In this document: in pieces, positions 55,881-64,000 of the stretch
How the letters are laid out: each line of letters begins with the position of its first letter
Position numbering within the stretch: the first letter of the stretch is position 1
The notes under the pieces: generated by a model
Told to the model about the DNA's origin: nothing
The model's input: the letters and a program-made list of their open reading frames with translations, nothing else
The model's database searches: none
Program-made: the position numbers and the translations under genes
Assembly (NCBI GenBank): GCA_965112735.1
Contig: OZ218960.1
Span: forward strand, 2,914,001 to 2,978,000
From: Phaeosaccion multiseriatum
Taxonomy: Eukaryota; Protista; Ochrophyta, other classes
Direction of reading: 5' to 3'
DNA length: 64,000 nt

Positions 55881-56617
55881 AGCTCAGGCCGCGCATTTGG
55901 CGCTGGCTTTCGCTAGCTCTCTATCCATGACTATATCTATCAAATGTACATGACCAAACGAACCTTTCAGTTCTCTGACACTTCCTATACCCCTCACGCC
56001 TCCATTCTGTGCGTGTGGGTGTGTATAACACCTCTGTGCAAGCTCACCAGTCGAGAGCGACACCCCCTCGAGTTTGGAAGTGCGAGTGTGGGGCTCCTGT
56101 GGGCCTCGGGGAGAGAACGGGAGAGGCGAAGAGTGATGGAGTCGGAGAGCACAGGAAGCCCGAGGTAGGTGGAGAGATACCAAGCCGTCATCACTCTCGT
56201 CACTCGTCGATGAAGCTTCCGGCACACGAGCAGAGCAGCAGGTTGGCCTTCTCTTGTTCCTTGTTCAGAAGCACGCGGGTAGTAGGGACCCAGTTAACCA
56301 GCCGCCCGCAGGGCCCGAAAAAATTGCAATCGCATATGCTATAGCAGGAGAAGGGTATATACTGCTCGAGGGGAGAGCAATATGCGAAAGTACAATCGCA
56401 TATTGTGTTTTGTCGACACCCAGTATATGCGTTTTATGATATATATGCGTATATTGTGCGGACACCCTATATATGCGTTTGTTACTTGCTCAAATATACG
56501 TTCATTCTCTGTCTGCAGCAGATAAGCTCCTAATGACCTGCGCCGACGCAAGAGCTCTCCCGCGTCTCGGCAGCTCGGCAAGCTGCTCAGCAAAAGCAAG
56601 GTCAAGTACTTGTCTGC

Positions 56618-56836
56618 TCAGTTCGTCGTCGAATGCGGCCAGCCTACCGTGTCTGCATGCTCGCGGTTGTGACACAACATCACTGTCAGCTGAAGCAAGT
56701 CCTCCTTCATGTTGGCTTGGCCAGGACTGATCACCCTATTCTGGGTGGAGAAGACCCTTTCCATGAACGCCGAGGATGGCTGGATCAGAGAAGCGAGTTG
56801 CATCAGTCGGAAGAAGTGAGGAAGCTGATTGCTACG
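56618..56836 (-). pseudogene. hAT transposase C-terminal dimerisation-domain remnant
   Basis: RSNQLPHFFRLMQLASLIQPSSAFMERVFS..Q..MKEDLLQLTVMLCHN matches the hAT P-SSA-x2-ER-x-FS motif. Confidence 0.8.
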
Positions 56837-56859
56837 TGTAGGCTAGTCGGCCCCTAACA

Positions 56860-57096
56860 TGGTTCTGAGACAGGCCGGCCCAGAAGCAGGAACCAGGCCG
56901 GCTGGCGCCGACCAGAACCAGGAACCAACCTTGGCCCTCATCGTTGCCTTATTACATGGCTTTCCCCCAGAACCTGGAACCTGCCTGGCCGGCTGGCGCC
57001 GACTAGAACCAGCCAGGAACCAGGCCGGCTGGCGCCGGCCAGAACCAGGAACCGGGGTCGCCTCAGAACCAAGCGGGACGAGTGTAGCCAACCCTG
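56860..57096. mobile_element. MITE-like insert nested in the hAT element
   Basis: Inverted TGGTTCTGAG (56860-56869) / CTCAGAACCA (57062-57071). Three GGCCGGCTGGCGCCG copies and many (A/G)GAACC motifs. The right end reads CAGGGTTGG on the minus strand. It sits where transposase homology stops. No clear TSD. Confidence 0.55.
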
Positions 57097-58737
57097 CTAT
57101 CGCTAGCAAGTCGGAAAGTGAGCCAATAATCTATGAGATGGGTGCAAGGTTGTAAAGTTTGGAGGCCTTGCCTCAGCTCCAGTAAAGAGCCGAGTTTCCT
57201 TTGGCTTTAGGGTGGATAAGCTAAGAGTGAGGGAGCGCCACAGGCTACTACTCCCGGTGGGCTGTGTGTGCCACCTCATTGTGGTACATTGTATTATTGT
57301 ACAATTGTTATACGGCAGACTGCGTGGTGACAGTTACATGTAAGAAGGCAATGAATGAGGCTGTAGGCAACACTTCCCCCTCGAGAGAGAAGCTCGACTA
57401 AGAAGAAAAACTAAACTAAATGCTAAAAGAGAAGATGAGAGAGAGAGAAGGAAAAAAGGACCCAAAAAGGGTTCCCGAAGGGTTCCTTATCGGCGGCCTG
57501 CTCCTCGCGGGGGTCGGCGTGACGAGGGGCCGCGAGACCGAAGGAAGCGTTTAGCGTCCTCCGCCAAAGAGCGACGAGGGAAAGAGGAGAGGAATTGCTC
57601 CCAAGAGAGCGGGAATGTCATCATTCATGACGGTCAAAGGTTCCCAAGTATGTCGGTGGCATTTAAGCCCTTCCAGGAGGTGTGAACCTGCCAGGGTGCG
57701 CCTTAAGAGGGACGTTGTAGGTCCTTGAAGGCGGAGACGACCCAGGAGGCTGAGGCGTGTGAGAAACGTACTGCATACAGCCTCCGTTGGCCCGGCTCCC
57801 GCCGGCAAGCGTACGCTGGATATGCAAAGCATGCGAAGCGAGGGAGGGATACAGATTGAAGAGAAGGAACAGGCCTACATTGCCGAGAAGGGAACCGTCT
57901 CCCCCCGCTCTTCCGAGACGCCCTTCACCCTTTACTGCCGAGGATGTGAGATAAATAAATTGAAGTTTGACTTGCGAGCGAGGGGAGGGAAAGTATAGTA
58001 TACGAATATGGGCACACATTGGCCATTTATGCAGCTGAGCTGGGAGTACCTTTTATATTCTCAAAATATGCGACCACTTGCATGCTCCCAAAGCCCTGTG
58101 TATCCGCCGCGAATGGCCGAAATATAACGAAAATATAGCGAAGGACCACCCACCCCCATGCGACGTCGCCCGGCTGTAGCGCTATAAGTCCGAACATCCG
58201 AAGCTTGAAGGAGCACTGGGGAGGCACTCAAGACTGCGTACGGGATGTGTGGCGACAATGGAGGGCCTACCAAGTGCGGTGGCAGAGATATATATGCGAT
58301 CGCGAGACTAACTCAGAATATGCGACACCATATGCCCTAGTATGTGAAACGCATAATCGCATATGCGTCTGTACAAGCGGTCGCATACTCGTAGTGTTAC
58401 ATCGTATCCCAGCCCGAGCGCAATGTACGCCTCTGTCGGGCAGTCTATACGACGCAATATGCGATCCTCAAGGTTTGCCCAGATATACTAAAAAATATGG
58501 CGGTTTACAAACTGGGTCCCCGCCGGGTAGCCTCTCGTGGAAGGAAGCCTGTTTCGGTGGCCTGAAAAGACAATCATCATTCGCTCTCATGGACCCTCTC
58601 AGGGGGGGGGTGGTTCTCGCTCTCCTCCTATGGCCGCTTGTACTTGTCGAATGCCCTGGCGACCATCACCACCTCCTTCGTACACCAACAATTGAATACA
58701 TTCTTATTGAGCTGCTGCCACGCGCTTGCTTCGCACC

Positions 58738-58789
<52 letters not shown>

Positions 58790-59299
58790 TTCCAGCGTTC
58801 CGGAGCCCTATCGCTTCGTCGTTTCCACTCATTACGTCTCCCCTTTCGCTCGACGACCGTTCCCCGGGCCTTTCTCTCCATCTCTCTCTCTCTCTTGCTC
58901 TTCTCTTGCCCTCCCTCTCCCCCTTCTCCCCCTCCCTATCTCTGACTCTCAATCTCTTGCCTTCTCGCTTCCTGTCCCGCCTTGTCATCTCCCTCTCTGT
59001 CTCTCTGCCTTTCCCTTCCTCCCTCTTGTTGGAGAATTAGTCTTGCTCCAACAGCGAGGCGGCCGGAGGGCCATCAGGAGCGATTGGTGACATCTGTCAG
59101 CGACGGTGGCTCAGTGAGGCAAGCGGCAGCAGCACGGCCGGCGGCGAGTGAGCTTGCTCTTGTTGGAGCATGAATATCGAATTCAAGATAAAAGGGAAAC
59201 AAGAAAGGAGAGGCCTCCAGCGCCGGTCGGTTGGATCGGGTCAGTCACTGCCTCAGGCAATTGTTTGGTGGGTATAATGCTATACTGAAACTGAGACAA

Positions 59300-59437
59300 T
59301 CAGTCACAGCACCTCAGCAACACCAACTCCCCCTCCGCCTCCTCTTGCTCCTCCTCACCGCCCCCCCCCCCGGTGGGAACTAGTACGCTAAGCAGGCTCT
59401 GCTCCGGCCCCAATTCATAACTGCTACTCAGACGATA

Positions 59438-59472
<35 letters not shown>

Positions 59473-61966
59473 GAGTGTCTCCCACCACGGTGCGGCTCCC
59501 GACAAAGTCGACACAGTGAGGGGCACCACCCGCGTCCACCTCTCGAATAACACTTAGGGGAGAGAGGGGGGGGGAGGGGGAGGGGGAGAGCAAAGGGGGA
59601 GAGCAAAGGGGGGTAATGGAGAGGGGCGGAGGGTGGAGTCGTGGTGTGGAGTGGGTAAGGGCTCCAGGGCGACTTGGCTCGAGTGTGTGTGATCCTCCTT
59701 TACTAACTCCGACCCTTCCCCTGTGCGCCTAACATCTTCTTGCCCCTCCTCCTGCCCCCCCAAGAGGCAGCCCCTCCGTGAGTGACAGGGCAAGCTATCG
59801 GGCTACTCCTTACGCTAGAACAGTCAAAGCAACTTCCCCTTCCCCTTCACCTCTCCTTTCCCCTCCTCCTCCGGCTCCCCCTCCCCCTCCTCAGCCTCAG
59901 CCTCCCCCCTCCCTCCCTCCCCCCCTCCTCCTCCTCCTCCTCCTCCTCCCCCTCCCCTCCCCCTCCTCTCTCCCTCCTCCTCCTGCTCCTCCTCCTCCTC
60001 CTCCTCCTCCTCCCCTCCCCCCTCCCTCTCTCACCCTCCTCCTCCTCCTCCTCCTCCTCCTCCTCCTCCTCCCCCTCCCCTCCCTCCTCTCTCTCTCCTC
60101 CTCCTTCACCCTCACCCTCACCTGGAGGACAGACAGGCCGAAGAGACGCGTATCGAGTACAGTACCACCGAGCTCAGGGGCACACTGTCCCCCCGTCCAC
60201 TGCCATCCCGCCCCCCGCCCCTCTTCGGCAGATACGTTTCGAAGGTTGCTGCCAGCACGTCACTGCGCGTGTCCCACACCAAGTCTCGCACACGGACGGC
60301 GCCCCTGGGAGGGGAGGAAAGCAGGAGGCATATGGGAGGAGCATAGGCAAAGCAGAGGCAGTGGGCAGGGGCGCAAGGGTAGAGCAGGACAGAGAAAGAA
60401 AGGCGAATCAATCATCAATAAGAAGGCACTGGAGCCTTCCATCAAGCTCACGACCCTCACCCTTCATTCTCCCGCCCACGCCCCCCTCTTGTCCTTCTTA
60501 CCTCGGTGTCTTCTGCCGCCTCCCGTCGCTGTCCCCGGCCTCCTCCTCCGCTTCCCCCTCCTCCTCCTCCTCTTCGTCCTCCTCACCCTCCCCGCCTCTA
60601 TTTAAATCGGCGGCTATCCTCGGTAACTGCAGCTGTAAGCGATGTTGCAACATCTCTACAGGCACCCCTCCTCGCCCTCCTCCTCCCCATCCACTACCAT
60701 CTCGCCCCACACTCTCAAATGGCGCCCCCACGTGAAGCACCACCGCGCTACGCAGGTGCGAGAAGACCACGAGGAAGCGCGAGGAAGGGTCCCAGACCGC
60801 TCCTCGGCAGGGGCAATCTGTCCAGCTCTCGGCGGCCCATGCCCGCGTCTCAAAGAGCATTACCCCTTTGGATCTGCGGCCCAGAGGAGGGTGGGGGGTG
60901 GGTGTACGAGTGGGTGGGTGTACGAGTGAGTGAGTGAGTGAGTGGGTGGGCGAGTGGGTGAGTGAGTGAGAGAGCGAGTGAGTGGGTGGGTGAGTGGGTG
61001 GGCGAGTGGGTGGGCGAGTGAGTGGGTGAGTGAGTGAGAGAGTGAGTGAGTGGGTGGGGGTGGGAGGGCGGGTGGACGGGATGAGTGCTAACATGCTGTT
61101 CCACTCACTTCACTGGCATGCCCTACATACGACAGCACTCACTTGCTCGAGGCGGCGAAGAGGAATGCCCCGCTGGGGGACCACCTTAGCAGATCCACTG
61201 GCCCGTGCTGGCCCCCCGGGGTGCGCACGGCCGTACTGGCTGTATCACCAACTGCTGTGCTGCAGGCCGGCGCTACGTCCCACAGACGCAAGCAGGACTC
61301 TGAGGGGGAGCAGGAGGCCAGCAAGCGGCCCTGTCGTAGGCAATCGGCAAGTATTGGGTCATTCTCCGCCAGTCAGTCAGTGAGTCAGTACTCCAATACT
61401 TGGTGTCAGTCAGTCAGTCAGTCAGTCAGTCAGTCAGTCAGTCAGTACTTGGTGTCAGTCAGTACTTGGTGTCAGTCAGTCAGTACTCCAATACTTGGTG
61501 TCAGTCAGTCAGTCACTGCCCACCTGGGGACTCCATGCCAGCTCGTGGCAGGGCAGCCTGAGGGGATGCTGCAGGAAGCGCATCCAGCAGTGCGGCGAGA
61601 AGGAGCCTGACGAGTCTACTATGCCCTCCGCTCCGAAGCGCCACAGGCAGATTCCGTGTCTGCAGGAAGCAGTAGAGGCAGAGAGAGGACGGGCGCGTGG
61701 ACACGGAGAGAGAGAGGGCGAGAGGGAGAGGGAGGGATGGGAGAGGGAGAGGGGAGGGGGTGGGAGGGAGTGGGAGAGAGATAAGAGAATCATCAGAGAG
61801 CCAAAACGGAAGGAGAGAGATAGAGCACACATACGCACACACACGCTACTGCTGCTCACCTGCAACCCACGGCGAGGAGGGCGGGAGAGGCGATGGGTCC
61901 CCAGCGTAGGCACGATATGTCGCGCTGAAAGTCGTGCGACAAGGGGGAGAAGCCTTTCAGGCTGTG

Positions 61967-61997
<31 letters not shown>

Positions 61998-62775
61998 TCT
62001 AGCACATAGCTGTCGTCGCTGCAGGCGTATGGGCAGACGGGTAGGAGGTTGAGAGGCAGGACGGACGGACGGACGGACGGAGGGAGGAAGATAAGAGGCA
62101 TGTTGGTGCGCAGGTAGGCAGGGAAGGATGAGGATGGGACGGGAGGGTGTGTGAATGTGTGTACTTGTGCTCCCCCGCCCCCTTCCTTCCTTCCCTCCCC
62201 CACAGTAGATCGAAGGCCCTATATGGCACTCACGTGCTGCCACTGCCCCTGGTCCGAGCCAGGTGCTGCACGTCGAGGAGAGCGACGGTGCAGCTGTCGT
62301 TGGGCCGCGCCCCTGCCAGCACCACCGCCAGCACCCGCTGGGCTGGGTGCCACGACATCAGGGCGGAGGAGGAGCCAGTTGCAGCAGGGGTGGGAGAAGG
62401 GTTCGGGGGTGGCCTGGGGGGAGAGGGGGGGTGTGGGTGGGGGGAGGGAGGGGAAGAGAAGGGGGGTGAGAGGCAAGCTTGCGCTGGGGAAAGGCGACTT
62501 GTCTGTTCGCCCCCTTTTGTTGTTGCATACCCTCCGCTTAGAAGACTCCAGCCCTTGCGAAGGGCGGTGGACACCCAACCCCCTCCACCTCCTCGTCCAG
62601 GGCCCTCCTCAGGGAGATTCTCCAGCTCCTCGTCCTCCTGCTGCAGCGAGAGGTCGCCTCCATCGTCCTCCTCGCAGACCTGCGCCAAGATCTGGCGCCA
62701 AGGGATGGCAAAACTTGTCAACACTTGGCCTCGCCCGCTCCCCTCGCTACGCGTTCGGTTGCCGTACGGAGCCAT
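59300..62775 (-). CDS. AAAS: Aladin (AAAS) WD40 nucleoporin, multi-exon
   Basis: MSWHPAQRVLAV..LSHDFQRDISCLRWGP..LAVGC..GICLWRF..LAWSPQG..LASCSPSESCLRLWDVA..LLRWSPSGAFLFAAS..LFETRAW..AVWDPSSRFL..LVWDTRSDVLAATF follows the aladin motif order. Start uncertain. Confidence 0.82.
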
Positions 62776-63074
62776 GGTTGCTGTCACCTACACCAGACGC
62801 CAACTGGCATGGCTTCACCGTACAGATAGGAGCTGTGACACTAGAGAGAGAGAGAGAGAGAGAGAATCGAGAAAGAGGGGAGAGAAATGGGAAAGAGGGA
62901 AATTTTAAGTATGCGACCATCCCAGCCGTGGAAACCACTTTCCCGCGTATCAACGATTGATGCGACGCGCCATTACCCCTGAGTGGACGTCCAAGCTCTA
63001 AGCAATCGAGTGGCCCACCACACAACAACACAACCACAGCCTCTCGTTTATTTATCAACACTACGGCAGTAAGG

Positions 63075-63962
63075 ATGGGAAGGACAAAGAAGGCCGGGAA
63101 GGCTGGGGCAAAGGGGAAGAAGGGAGAGGAGGAGGAGACAGTGGAAGAGACAATGGTAGAGGAGGTGGTGGTGGAGGAGGAGAAGACGGAGAAGAAGAAG
63201 AAGAAGACCAAGAAGGACAAGAAATCCAAGAAGAAGGAGGAGTCTGAGGAGGAGGAGGAGGAGAAGGAGAAGGAGGAGGAGGAAGAGGCCGACGAGGAGG
63301 AGGCGGACGCGGACGAGGAGGAGAAGGGTAGCGACAAGGAGGGCGAGGACGACGAGGAGGAGGAGGAGGAAGAGGAGGAGGACAAGGAAAAGGAGGACGA
63401 CAGCAAGAAGCGCAAGCACGACGAGGTGGAGGAGGAAGGCGACGCCGCCGAGGAGGGCGGAGAGGCCGGGGACATCAACCTGACCTGCATGGAGTGCAAC
63501 GGAGGCTTTGTATTTTCCAAGCTGGAACAGGACTTCTACGAGGAGAAGGGATTCGAGGGACAGCCTAAGCGATGCAAGGAGTGCCGCGCCGCCAAGAAGG
63601 CCCGCTTCAACGAGCAGGGGGGAAGGGGAGGGGGGAACCCATGCTACGCCTTCCAGAAGGGAGAGTGCAACAGGGGCGACAGCTGCAGATTCTCGCACGG
63701 CGGAGGAGGAGGCGGGGGAGGAGGATACGGAGGAGGAGGATATGGTGGGGGGGGGGGGCGAGGCGGAGGAGGGGTGTGCTTCGCCTTCCAGAAGGGGGAG
63801 TGCAACAGGGGTGACAGCTGCAGGTTCTCGCACAGCGGAGGAGGAGGCGGCGGGGGAGGAGGATACGACGGGGGAGGAGGGGGAGGAGGGGGCCGAGGAG
63901 CGTGCTTCGCCTTCCAGAAGGGAGAGTGCAACAGAGGCGACAGCTGCAGATTCTCGCACTAG
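63075..63962 (+). CDS. Acidic/basic N-terminus + zf-trcl-like zinc ribbon + 3 CCCH zinc fingers with Gly/RGG linkers (probable RNA-binding protein)
   Basis: LTCMECNGGFVFSKLEQDFYEEKGFEGQPKRCKECR, then three C(Y/F)AFQKGECNRGDSCRFSH (C-X7-C-X5-C-X3-H). Intronless. Confidence 0.85.
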   Translation: MGRTKKAGKAGAKGKKGEEEETVEETMVEEVVVEEEKTEKKKKKTKKDKKSKKKEESEEEEEEKEKEEEEEADEEEADADEEEKGSDKEGEDDEEEEEEEEEDKEKEDDSKKRKHDEVEEEGDAAEEGGEAGDINLTCMECNGGFVFSKLEQDFYEEKGFEGQPKRCKECRAAKKARFNEQGGRGGGNPCYAFQKGECNRGDSCRFSHGGGGGGGGGYGGGGYGGGGGRGGGGVCFAFQKGECNRGDSCRFSHSGGGGGGGGGYDGGGGGGGGRGACFAFQKGECNRGDSCRFSH

Positions 63963-64000
63963 AGACGACCCGGAGCGAAGGAGCAAGGGCCGCAAGAACG

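Larger units (their letters stand above)
56283..58522 (-). mobile_element. Non-autonomous (internally deleted) hAT DNA transposon
   Basis: TIRs TAGGGACCCAGTT (56283-56295) and AACTGGGTCCCCG (58510-58522). 8-bp TSD GCGGGTAG / CCGGGTAG (7/8). Clustered subterminal ATATGCG/CGCATAT repeats at both ends. Transposase C-terminal remnant inside. Confidence 0.85.

Noticed and set aside
56309-58564. Alternative hAT ends CAGGGCCCGAAA / TTTCGGTGGCCTG
   Set aside because: Imperfect match and no TSD. The 56283-58522 ends have both a better TIR and an 8-bp TSD.
58587-59173. Possible small gene interrupted by the hAT insertion
   Set aside because: Splice-like signals exist, but no convincing reading frame or homology.

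Overview
Gene-dense, GC-rich eukaryotic DNA with GT-AG introns packed with microsatellites. Gene content (PPR-SMR, Zn2Cys6, selenoprotein, FNIP repeats, aladin, USP32) suggests a stramenopile alga, possibly eustigmatophyte-like; this is an inference. Hand-spliced genes in order: partial TRAPPC2L-like (-), RPB4 (+), Zn2Cys6 transcription factor (+), SelK/SelS-like selenoprotein with a 3' SECIS (+), scrambled ankyrin/FNIP pseudogene, PPR-SMR (+), 9-exon unknown gene (+), MYND-finger protein (-), USP32-like DUB (-), glycosyltransferase-like type II membrane protein (+), coiled-coil protein (+), EGF-like/7TM protein (-), AFG2/SPATA5 (-), secreted Ser/Gly-rich RXL protein (+), non-autonomous hAT transposon with nested MITE-like insert, aladin (-), and a zinc-ribbon + 3xCCCH protein (+). 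The most striking unexplained signal is a dispersed DNA word, GTATCACCAACT (consensus GCTGTATCACCAACTG). I count 12 exact and 6 one-mismatch copies inside exons and introns of seven unrelated genes, on both strands and in four different reading frames, which points to a DNA-level element rather than protein-level conservation. The second highlight is a UGA-recoded selenoprotein that the ORF track truncates.
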